A DNA stretch of 64,000 nucleotides, from the NCBI GenBank assembly GCA_001804285.1, contig MHFR01000053.1, positions 79,857 through 143,856 of the forward strand, given 5' to 3'. The notes under the pieces were generated by a model that saw nothing but the letters and a program-made list of their open reading frames with translations, searched no databases and was not told the origin of the DNA. A program made the translations under genes and the position numbers. Positions 1 to 12,100 of this stretch are shown in pieces; position 1 is the stretch's first letter; each line of letters opens with the position of its first letter. Source of the stretch: Candidatus Danuiimicrobium aquiferis (lineage in GTDB: Bacteria; Omnitrophota; Omnitrophia; Omnitrophales; Danuiimicrobiaceae).

Positions 1-100
1 CGGATATCAACCATCGCAAACATCACCGTCAGCACGCTTGTATAAATTCCAACGACAAGAAGTCCGAACATCGAAAAAATCGAAAAAACGAACGCACCAA
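1..100 (-). other. Hydrophobic (transmembrane-like) segment of the giant protein at the window edge
   Basis: Translation is KKLGLGAFVFSIFSMFGLLVVGIYTSVLTVMFAMVDI, and the ORF continues beyond position 1. Confidence 0.5.
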
Positions 101-3100
101 GACCTAATTTTTTGCTTGCCAACGCATCTTCCACGCCTTCAAGGTCATTCCGTTTCAATGCCTGCATGAACTTTTTGTTTCTTTTTAGTTTTTCATAGAA
201 TTTTACAATCTCGTCGGGCGTTTTCTCCTCATAGATCCTTTTTTCTGTTTCTTGCCGTAGCCACTCTTCTTCGCGTGTTTCCGATCGTGCATATGTTTGA
301 ATAGTTTCCCGGATTTTTTGGGTACTAAAATCGGGGAAAAGGTCTTTGTCTTTTTGATACTGACTAAATTTTTCGCGCCCAAGTAGCACATTTAAATATT
401 GAATTAAGATTGCTTTCGACCCTGATTCCGTCACACCTCTCAATAAAAGATCCGTGACTAACACCGATTCAACGGATTCTCCCTGTCGAATATCGTTCAG
501 TAATTCATTCAGGATGCCGCGAATATTTCGGTTCGGATCGAAATCCTTATCAACAAGATACCGTTTTTGAAGCGCAAGTTTTTCCGTATCACTCCAATCT
601 GTATATTCACTGTAAATTTGATCGTACGCAAACGGCGATGTAAACATGAGCTGCAGGAAATCATTGACCGTTTCAATAATCAAACCGGCCGTACCCTTAT
701 CGCGATCCGGCATTGCTTTTATTTCCTGCGAAAATGCATCATTTTCTAAAACATGAAACACCTCTTCCATTAACATCCGGTGCGGATGTTGCGCTTTTCT
801 CAATTGTGTGCTCAAAGCAATCATTTTTCCGGTGTCTTCCGGGATCCCCAACACTTCGCGCAATTTTGCGGCGGTGATTCCGGCTTCTTTTGCAATGGCT
901 TCAAAATAATCTTTTGAAACGGTCACGCCCGGCAGAATCACGCCGGCGGCGTTCTTCCAAAACTGCTGATCAGCAAAAGTCAGCGGGGTTTGCGACAATA
1001 ATTTTTCTAAATAGTCTTTCCAGCGCGCTTTCTCGACGCCGCTGATTAAATCGAGAGGAAGTGTTAAGGTCGGAGAAATTAAGATCAAGAATGCCGGGTC
1101 GCCGGGTTTCACATTCTCAACAAGGTAAACAGATTCATTCGCTAATATTGTTTTCAAATCGTTACGGGAAGGAATTCCTTCAATGTCTTTCGTCTCGCCC
1201 AAACCGAACCACGATCCCATTCCCCGCACTTCCGAACGAACCTGTAAAAGAATTTCATTCCGTCTGGCTCTGACAAGAATATCAATCACCCAGTTTTTCT
1301 GAGGTAAACTCCAGTCAACACCGCGCGCTCCTCTGTAAATTCCATCAGCGCGCCTTGCATAAAGAATATCTTCCCGGGCTCTTAGGCTCCTAAGCAGTTT
1401 TGTTAAATTTTCCCGGTCTTTTTCGGCCAAAGATCCGAATCTCAAAGTCCGAATCGCTTCTCGTCTCAATTCTTCGCCGGTCATATTGATTAATTCATAT
1501 CGATACGTTTTTAGGGCCGATCCTGAAAATTCTGCCCTCACTTCGGCCCGGGCAGCAACAGGCGTTTTGATTTCCTCCACAATCCAGCCAACACTTTTCA
1601 CCAAATCTTTGGCTCTTTTAAACAAATCGTGATCCTCGGTAAGTACATTTCTGCCCTCTAAGAAAACTCCAAGATCCCCAACTAACGTTTCAAATTTCAA
1701 TAACTGTTCCGAAAGTTTTTGATGTAATGCCGTGAAATTGATGAGTTTCTCTAAATACGCCGTTTCCTCCGGGCTTAAAGCTCTCAGCTTTTCTTTTTCC
1801 GATATTCCCAGCGTATTAAAAATAGAAAAAATTTTATTAAATTCACCGTATCGAGCTATCCAAATTCGGCGTTCTTTTAAAATCGGATCAAATTCCGAAA
1901 TAAAATCGCGGGCCAGTTGAATGTTTGTTTTGAGATTAGTTAAAAGCTTATTGTCATTATCGTGATTGCCAATACTATGACTGCGAATCAAAGCTAAAAT
2001 GCTGGTCTCCGCTCCATCTATTAAAGTCTTAAATTGATGCATGATGAGTCCCACCATCATCTTCCGGACTTCGGCCGGGGGCATGTCCTGAACCGGCGAC
2101 CGCGCTTCGGCCCTCGATACACGCACTTTGGACCGTATCGAGGACAGGTCGCCCGCTTTGATTGATTCCTGCCCTGGCATTCCAAATTCGAGGCGGGCTT
2201 CCGCACGACTACTTGCCGGTGAAAAAGCGGAGAGTTCCTTGTCATCCAGATACAAGTCATCGCCCTGCGGCGTGGGGGCAACCGACCGCGCCTCGGCCCT
2301 GAATTTTGTGTCATCCCCGTGTACGCGGGGATCCAGCAGCTGCCCGCCAAAGGCGGATCCGCCCTTGGCGGAGATTCCCGCCTTTCCGCCCATCAGGACG
2401 GCGGATTCGCCAGTTTGTTGGGTGGACGCGGGAATGACAGAATCTTCTTCCTCTTCAATTTCTCTGATTTCTTCGAGCGCGGCGAGAATATCATTTTCGT
2501 CTATCAGCTGTTCCGGCATCATTTCATTACCCGTCGCGGCTACCGCTTTCAATGGTTTCGCCCGAACCGGCAGACTGACGTTAGGATCAACGGGACTTCG
2601 GATAATCCCGTCTTCCATAATTTTGACATTGTGAATTTCTTCTACGAAGGCTTGAATCGTTGTTTTAATGTTCCTTGCGGTAAAGTTTTGATCATCCAGT
2701 TTCGCAAAACGGCCGAGAAGATTTTCGAAGTTTTGATCGCGAAGATCGGCCGGACTCATCGCGAGCATCCGCCAAACCAATTTGAATTTTTCGCCGGACG
2801 ATACCTTGACAAGGCCGGGATGAGAAAGCAACCGGTTTAAAAAGTTCTGAAATTCCGTGTGATTATAGCGACGGACAATTTGATCACGGTACTGGCTTGT
2901 GTTTTTCCCGATCTCTTCTTTGATTTTGCTTTGAATCTGTTCAAGTGCTCTTCTCTCAGTCCCTTGTATTTCTCTGATCGTGCCCGAATTCTGATGGACA
3001 AAGGGAATTGTGTATTGATGATTCGGATTTTCATCGGAAAAATATTCCGCAAAATCAACAGCTCCGGCAATTAACTGAAGCCAGCCTGAAAAAAGTGCCT

Positions 3101-6100
3101 TCCATCCGGCATTTTGAAGCGCCGGCTGTCCGGCTTTTACCTGCTTTTCAACTTCATCGCTCCACGCCCCGGAGCGGGACCCCAGTGCCCCGCCCGAAGG
3201 AGTACTTGCCGCAACCGGCGGCAAGTGCGCCTCGCTCGAACGCGGCCCCGGAAGAGGCCTCAGCGCCTCATCTGGCGCAGTGCTCGATTCAACCGGAATC
3301 GAGCGCATTTCGTTCCGTGTCCCGGCAACCGCGACAGGCCTTGAAACACCGCCTGTTAAACGAGCTTCATCAAACAATTCTGTCCGCGTCTGTGCGGCAG
3401 ACTTACGGAATTCCTCCGCTACACGATCCCATAAAATCTGATCGTCAACCGTTTCGGTATCAGAAAAACCAAACCACTGTTTCAAACCGCTTCTCACCGC
3501 TTCATACAATCGAGGGTTTGCTTTTTGGTTGATATCAAATAATTCCTGCAACAACCGGCTTTCCGCCGGACCTGCTTGCGATAATAAATAACCCAAAACA
3601 AGGCCGATATAATGATTTGCAAACCGTTGAAGTCTGACGGGATCATCTGTGTCATGGCGCAAATAAACGCCGTTTTCGATTTCGGTCCTGATATTTTCGA
3701 CTGCGAGTTCCCCGGGACGGTCAAATCCAAACTGAATGGCATGATCAATCTCGCTGTCTGAAAACCCCGGCCGGAACATTTCCCGGATTTCGCTTCGTGT
3801 TCTATCTGCAAGCACACCCAATTCTCCGAAACTTCGGGTACGCCCGATGATATGATAAACGTCGCGGCCCGGAAGAATTTGCGCCAGTCGTCTGACCGCC
3901 TGAATCGCCTGTCTGGCTCCGTCTTTCTGATCAGGCCGAACATAGCCCAGCGCGGTGTCCAAAGACGCATTTCCAAAATTTGTATCGACTGTTCCGTTGG
4001 CCCGCAAATTCATTCCGAAATAAGCTTGAAGTTCCTCAAGCCCGTTCATTTCATCAACATCAGGACGTTCGATAGAAGGCTGATCGGTTTTTCCGCCGGC
4101 ACGGTGATGAATTGATTCGTGGAACTCGGTTTTTTTCATCGGTCTTTCAATCCGGCCACCGGGATGATTAATATTTTGCGTCAAAAATGCGTATGAACCG
4201 ACCGCGCGAAAATAATTTTCCTGAGTCCCGTCTAATGTCTGAATCCGTAAAGGTCCGTATGTACCGGGATCGTTCATGAAACCTTGCGTCGAGCTTGTCT
4301 GGAAAACTCCGTTTTCCCGTAAATATAAAACTGCTTCTGCCGTCAGATGAATGTATCCCGCGTAATGATCGCGGATCCCGTTGGCTTTGAGAAAATCAGC
4401 GCCGATTTCCGGAAATTCGGAAAGTTTTTGGACTCCAATTTCGCATCCTTGGAATACATCGATTTCAGTCTCTGACGGTTCCCGATTTAACATCGTATGC
4501 GCAATAAGCCTGACTCGCTCGCGCGGAGTCATCCGGGAAAGTTGTTTCGAAGCGCGTAGACCGTCTTGATTGATTTTTTTCATCCGGGTCCGGACATTAA
4601 TGGCCTCGCGGACCGTAATTTGCTGGGAAGGAATTTGCGTAGCCGGTTTTGTCTGCAGGGTAGACGATGCCGAAGCTGATTTGGAAGAAGCAGGCGGTGC
4701 GAGGTCGGATGCGGTATGCGTTACGGGAGAAAGGCTCTTGATCGCTTGCGCGAGCGCGGCCGGATCGTTCTTCAGGGCCGGCGTCCGGGCCACAAGCGCC
4801 TGAGCCGCAATTAAAATATTCAAAAATCCATGAATCCGGTCAAGTTCAGCCTGTGTTTGTGCGGACAGAACGCCAAGAGCGCCCGCTTGATCCGAAGCAA
4901 TAATAATAACCAGTTCGCCTGTTTGCGGATGCCTGGCCAATTGATACCGGTAACCGCCCGCTCTCAATTCGTTCCCGGAAACACCATCGATAAAATCCAA
5001 ATCATCAATCATGTCAAATAAAATACCGGCCGCCGCTTGAAGTTCGGCCCTGACCATGTCGGCTCCCAACGGGCCCGCTCCCGGCATCGCCATAATCCGC
5101 GCTTCGGAGCGCTCATCAAGTGGTGTTTGAGCCGCTTGAGGACCAGTTTCCTGTACTTCTGTTAGAACTCTGGCCCGCATCCCAAGACTTACCGCACTTC
5201 CATCAGGAGCGAACTCAAATACGAAATGTCCTTGGCCATCTTTTACCGCTCGGCCTTCCGCTGACCGCTTAATGCCGTAGACAGACTTTACAGCAGAGTC
5301 TATCTTTCTTCCGTCGTCATCAAGCAAGATTAAATCTCTCCCATCAAACTCGTACCGATTACCACTTTCTCCGTCCTCTATTCGATCCCCTTTCTGCAAT
5401 CCTCGAAGCAATTCAATCCCCGATTGGCGGGCTTCTTCTATCGCTTGATTCGCTGCCTGCGTCTTTTTTACGCCTTGCGCAATCAGCTCATCCCTTCGTT
5501 TCGTTGTACGATCATCCCCGTCAAATTGCGCCCCCTGAAGAACGCGCGATGTTCCAGCGCCAGGCACTTCTGAACGACCGCCGGCATCCGCAGGAACCAT
5601 TTCACTATTTGGAAAAACTAAAATCTTGACTGCCTCACTTCCCCAATCCTGCCCTATGCGGGCCGGCATTAATGCCCCATCGGACGGATACCAATTATAA
5701 TAAGGCATAAAAAACATTTTCCCGATACTGAGTTTCCCCAGCACTTGAATATTTTCAGGATGAACTAAGTAATATCCCCCTGGCCGCCCTCTCATCCAAA
5801 CTTTAAATCTCCCGTCGGCTGTGCGTTCAAGTACATACTCTAAATCATGCGTAGAAGAACGAATCAACACCTGGTCACCCGGTTTCAAACTATCAAGATC
5901 AAGTTCGTTGACCTCTCGTCCTTTATTTTCATCAAGCTCGGGAGTTGGCTCCGTCAAACTTCCTCTCGGATGTAACGGATTCTCCGGCTCATCACGCATT
6001 TCCTTCTGAGCGGGCATCGCGGCTACCGAGGATGTCTTGACCGGTGCAACCACATCCGTTTTTGTGGAACCCGGTAAAGGCCCCGCCTTACTCTTGGCCT

Positions 6101-9100
6101 GATCCGCCAACTTTTTCACCAATTCACGCCGGATGGCTTCCAGTATTTTTCTTTGTTCCGCCATTGTTGTTCCAAAGGCTTTGGATGGTTCTGGATATTT
6201 TTCTAAGGCTTTTATTATCACCTGGAAAATTTTCGCCAACGTGCCCCATATCGTGAGATCCTGATGCTTCATAACGTATAGATAACCATCAAAATCGCTT
6301 AGCGAAATATCCTGAATATTACTCATGAGATCATCTGCGACCTTCGCTGCCAAATCGTTATATTCAGCCGAAATACTCTCCCCGGATGAAAATGCACTCA
6401 GAATTTCTTCGATCTTTTTCGCATAACGCCCGGCCACTCTGTTTGAAGCACTATGAAGTTGCTCTCGCACATCTGTTAAATCACCCCTGCTTTGCGCAAC
6501 ACGAATAAAATTAATAACGGCCCAGGCAAAAGCAACTTGCGGATCATTGGCTTCTATTGTTTGCTGCTGCAATTCGTTTAACAATTTTTCTATATCCCGG
6601 AGATCACCTTCCGAAACAGTTTTTCCCTGCAATGCCAGAGCTGCAGCCAATAGTCCCTCAAGCATTCTTTCCATCTTGCGGGCAGTTTCCGGATTAGATT
6701 GCGTCCTGTTTTGAGATGCTAACGGCAGCACAACTTCAGCAGTTTTTGTTGCTTCTGCGGTAGATGATTTTTCTTCCACTCCTCCATCTTTATTGCCAAG
6801 AGATTCCTTCTCCCACTCTCCGGCTTGATTTTTCCGATGCGCAACCAAATTACCATCCGAATCGATTTCAAGGAAGCCTCGTCCTCCCCCGTATCTTTCA
6901 TAAAGACCCACATCGACATTGACGCGCGATGCATTCGGGCTGGCAACAACGGGTGAATCCGCCTCTGGCGTGTGACCGAAAATTTGCCTCATTTTCCCTG
7001 CATCGACCGAGTCCATCACCCCGCGATTCCAAAAGATTCCATCCTCCCCAAAAATGGCGTGAGAGAAATTCTTGCCTGAAATCGCCTGCTTCAATATTTC
7101 ATTAATATGGTCAGCTATTTGTTTTTCGGTCACCTGCGAAGGATCAATGCCCAACTTTTGAGCAATCTCCTTAATCAACTGTTTCCTTATCTTCGATCTA
7201 GCTCCCGCATGCGTAAACACCTCTCCATGAAGCTGTTCGGCCGCTTTCAAATGATCATTCATAATGTCCTCTAACATTTGATCAACTATTTCTCCATAAA
7301 CTTCTCTAATGGCAGCCCGAAATCTTTGTGGATCGTCGCGAAATTCTTCAAACACGGCTCTTTGCTCCGTGGGCAAATTACGCCACCACATAAATAGCGC
7401 ATCATCGTCACCCAACATGCCCTCTAACAACATCAATTCATGATTCCCAATTAAACGCACAACATCCCCGCCGGCCTGTTGCGCTTGCCTTTTAAGACGC
7501 CTCAAGAATTCAATCGCCTCTTTTGATTTCGGCCCGCGATCAATCACATCTCCGACTTGCACAAAAACAGCGTCTCCGCCAATCCAATTTCCGTTTTCAT
7601 CAATCAATCCCGCCTGTCGCAAATCTTCTTTTAAGCCATCCAATTCTCCGTGAACATCGCCATGCACAACCATTCGAGGTTGTTTTTTGGGTATTTGTCT
7701 TTTTTCCGCAGGTTGTCGCGTGCCTTCTGCGAATTTTTCAGTTGAAGGAACTGCTATTTCTTCACCTGTCTTGCGCACTTCAGAACGCCTGCCTGCCGTC
7801 TGTGTGGCGGGGGCGGCGGGTAGCACTTCCCTAAACATTTCGCGCAATCTGTCCGACTGTTCTTGTAATGCCGCTTTCAAGTTCGGATCCTCGTCAGCCG
7901 GAATAAGTGACGGAAGCGCTTCATAACCGGCAATGAGCTGTCCAAACATATCCGCATTTTCAATTCCCATTTGTTCTAAATTAAGCCCCGCCGTTAACGC
8001 TGCATCGATTTCATCTCGCAGATTCCGGCCGACATCAACCGCTTCTTTTTGAACATTTTCACCGGCGGCTGCACGATCCTTCAACGCCTGCGCGCGTTTG
8101 GCATAATCAACAGCACAGGCGGAACATGAGGTCAAGATTGCTACAATCTCGGGCGCAATTTCATTCAACTGGCTTCCGAATTTCCGGAGAAGCGCTTCCA
8201 ATATTTTTGCCTTATAGTCATTCCGTTCAGCCCCGTGAAGCGGCCCGCCCTCGGAAACGAGCGCGCTCAGTTCCGCCCGCACTTCAGACCGGCTTAATTC
8301 ATCCGAATGTTCGATTTTACCAATGATGCCCTGCGTCGCTTGATCTGCTGTTTGATCCCCGACATAATCTTTCAATGCATTTAAATACATCGCCAAAAAC
8401 GAATCCATAATCTGACCCGGATCTTCGACAATCAGCTCTTCCAATTCTTGCGCATGCTCAAAAACACTTTCGGGAACGCCTTTCGTCAAAAATTGGCTTA
8501 GCGTCACTCCGGCCAAATGTGGCGCAAAACGATGCGGCCCAAAGTCTGTCGCCTTACGGAATTGGGCCAACCGCTCGGGAGTAAGCGTCCTGACCAAGAA
8601 CTCAGCCGCCAATCCGATCTCAAACAACCTTTTCATAATTCTGAGGTGAGCCAATCGTTGTGCTTTCATCCGCGCCTCTAACGCGGAAATCACTTGCTCG
8701 ATTTGCGTTTTACTCTCTTCATACAAGTCCGCATATTCGATCTTTAACTGCCGGTATTGAGCTAAAAGTGCTCCGTCTTTTTCTGACAACCGCGCCGAGA
8801 GAAATTTGCCGTACTCAATTAAAGCGGCACCCAACAAATCAAATAATTTTTTCAAGGCAAAATTTTGGGTGGAAATATTTTCAAAATAATCTTCGCCGAA
8901 TAATAGGACGCCCGAATGTTTTGCGGAAATCATCCGGTTCATCTCGTTGTTAAATTGCGCGGAAGGTTTGGCTTTGCCGGCCCCCATCACTTTGATTTCT
9001 AACTTGCCCGTTTGCCAATCAGAATCGCCAAAGATTTCCCGCTTTTCTTCATCGGTTAGATGGATATCAACACTTTCTTCAATATTGTCCTCTACAATAA

Positions 9101-12100
9101 TGAGGATATCCATATCTTGCGCATTATAATGATCAAACCCCGCAATGGTCCCGGGGCCCCAAATGTAACTGCCTTTAACGTTGATCGCGAGAATTTTGTG
9201 GCCGATCTTCTTCCTTAGAAAAGCCGGCAACCGCTCGCGGATAATTTCGATGCGGCCTCTTACTTCGTCTTTGGCTTCATCCGTCAGGCCGTGCCAATAC
9301 CAGTTCCGTTTTTCCAAATCTTGTTCAATGTCTTTCATCGGACGGCCGATTTCGCGCTCTTGCGGGCTTCTCCCTTTAAGGCGAGGCGCCATATACCGGT
9401 CGTGCTCCGGCATGTCTATCAATTGACTGAGTTGATCGTCCAACGCAGCGCGCAAAATAAAATCCTTATCTCCGTCCAACAAAGTCATGAGCGCTTGATA
9501 CCCTCGCTCAAGCTGTCCAAACATATTAAGATTCTGAATCCCCATCTGTGACAGCGTCAGGCCGGCTTTGAGCGCCGCCTCTATTTCCGTTTTTAAACTT
9601 TGAGCGATATCAAGAACTTCGCCGTGAACATCTTCCCCTTGGCCCGCCCGTTTGGCTAAATCCGATGCCCGGTTCGCATAATTCACGGCGCAGGAGGAGC
9701 ATGAGGTAAGAATTTCCGCAATCGCCGGCGCAACGTCAGTCAGTCGAGACCCAAACCGCTCGATCATTTCATTTAAAATTTGCGCTTTTAAATCATTATG
9801 CTTTTCACCGCGAAGTTCGCCTCTCGCCCCCACTAACAACCCCAACTCCGCTTCCAATTCCGGAAGATCCGATTCCTCTGCCTGCCTAATCCGTTCGAGC
9901 ATCTCCCTCGCAGCAATTTCGGCACTGAACACTTTTTCGAGCACCGCCTTGATTCGATTGGAATCACTCAATCCTCTTTCCGCGATTTTACGAACCATCT
10001 CGTCATAAGTTGCCTCGTCTTTATCTGCTTCCAATTCATTCAGTTCTTTTATGATTTCATTTTCCGCCATAAACCTTTCATAATCCCCTGAGGTTTGATA
10101 GCCGGAATCAAACTTAACTTCTTCTGCCTCAACCAAGTAAACTTTTTTTCCGTTTTTACGCGCATTTTCCATTCCGATGGCACCGATTTTTTTCAGCTCA
10201 TCCGCGCTCACTTCTCTCAGTTTAAGGTTCTTCAAACGGATGGCGTGTTCGTTTGTATGGACATTGACATAAATAGCATTCGGATCGGCTCCGATATGCT
10301 TCTCTGCGTCCGGATTGATCTCAAAAGAAAATACAATAATGTCACCGGTCGGCAATTGAAGACCTTCCCCCCCATCGTAAGAAAGAAGGGGCACTTGAGA
10401 CGCATAAACACCCTCACCAAAGGCGTTTGCAACCCCCGGGTAAATTACAATTTCTCCGCCTTCGACAATTTTCGACTTATCAATCCCGGAAACGTGATAG
10501 ACTGTTTTATTCCGACCGGATAAGAAATCGATTGCACGCATTAATTGATTTCTATACTCATCTTCCATGTTTGTTGCTATTTGAACCAAGGACTCCAGTT
10601 CCTTCGCTAATTCATCAACAGGCATTGTGTTATACGTATTAAGTAAAATTTCTAATTGCACGTGAGCGCGCAAACCCTTCAATTTTCGCTCAACCCGAGC
10701 CGCGTCTTCGCCTCGTCCCGTGCTTTGGTAGTATTCAATTAATTCCTTATATTTAGCCTCAGCCCCCGGCCAATCCCAGTTTTCGCCGCGCGTTTTCGTC
10801 GCCTGTCGATCCGCAATTTTTTCAATATTAGCGAAAATGCGCTCCAATTGCGCTGCCTTCTCTCTGGCCATTTGGGTTCGCAAAGCAGTTAGTTGCGTCT
10901 GCAATTCGGTTTTTAATTTTACATCCAACCCTTCGATTCCGTCGAGCGCAAGGTACCCTGCAATGAGCTGATCAAGCACGCCTGATGTTTCAATTCCCAT
11001 TTGAGGGAGTGACAATCCGGCTGCCAATGCCGCTCCGATTTCTGATTTTAAATTCTCCGCGACTTCGCGGGCTTCTGTCGCCACATTTTCGCCGGCGGCT
11101 GCACGATCCTTCAATTCCTGTGCGCGTTTGGCATAATCAACAGCACAAGATGAACAGGAAGTCAGAATATCTTCAATCGCCGGTGCAATTTCCGAAAGTT
11201 GATCTCCAAATTTTTCAACAAGCGCTCGCAAAATTTCCGCTTTTTGATCATTCGCTTCTTCGCCGCGAAGCGCACCGCCTTCTTTCACAAGCTCTCTGAG
11301 TTCCGCTTCAATGGATATAAGGTCCGCCTCATTTGCTTTTTTAATCCGATCGATCATCTGATCGGCAGCCACTTGCGCTACCGTCATTCGTTCTGCAAGG
11401 CGGCTGTCACTCATTGTTTTCAAAGCACCCTGAGAACCCGACTCTGCAGAAGATAGAGCCGCCATAATTGCCGGCGAAATCCCTGAAAGCGCCTGGCCGA
11501 ATTTTTCTTTGAGTGCATTTAAAATTTGTGCCCGGCGGTCGATTTGCTGACCACCAGAAAAATACGCCTTTAAAAAATAGTCTAATTTCTTTTGAAATTC
11601 GTCTAATCGATCTTGTTGTAATGTCTGGATTTCCTTGACGAGTTCCGCAACTTTTGCATCCAGCTCACGATCGGGATAGGAAATACCGTTCGCAATTTCT
11701 GTTCCGTTTGAGTCATAGAGCTGATATTCCACCTTCTTTGAGACATCGCGCTCCATCGGCCCGGTCGCTCGAACCACAAAGCCATTTTCGGAAAGAATTT
11801 GTCCCAACCTCGGAATGGCTTTCTTTGCGTCTTCCGCGGTATAATATTTTGTATAGATACCGTCAATCAGCACATTCGCCACAATAACCATATCGACTTT
11901 CCCCACAAGGTCGGCACGGCCGGCATTTTTCAAGCCTTCGTTCACATGAAATGCATCCGCAAGCGCGAATTCCATTTGAATTCCGGGCAAGGTTTCTTTC
12001 GATAATTGTTTGCGCGCAGAATCAATATATTGTCGGTTGTTATCAAATCCGATCATGACAACGTTCCCATATCCGGAATCCCGGAGAGAACGCGCAAGAT

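Noticed and set aside
2128-2840. Plus-strand ORFs 2128..2634 and 2319..2840 (168 and 173 aa), and similar ones at 3008..3532, 10095..10523 and 15485..15895
   Set aside because: They lie antisense to the continuous giant minus-strand ORF. They are rich in Arg/Ser/Pro/Gly low-complexity sequence typical of GC-rich antisense frames, and several span MITE copies. They are almost certainly spurious.
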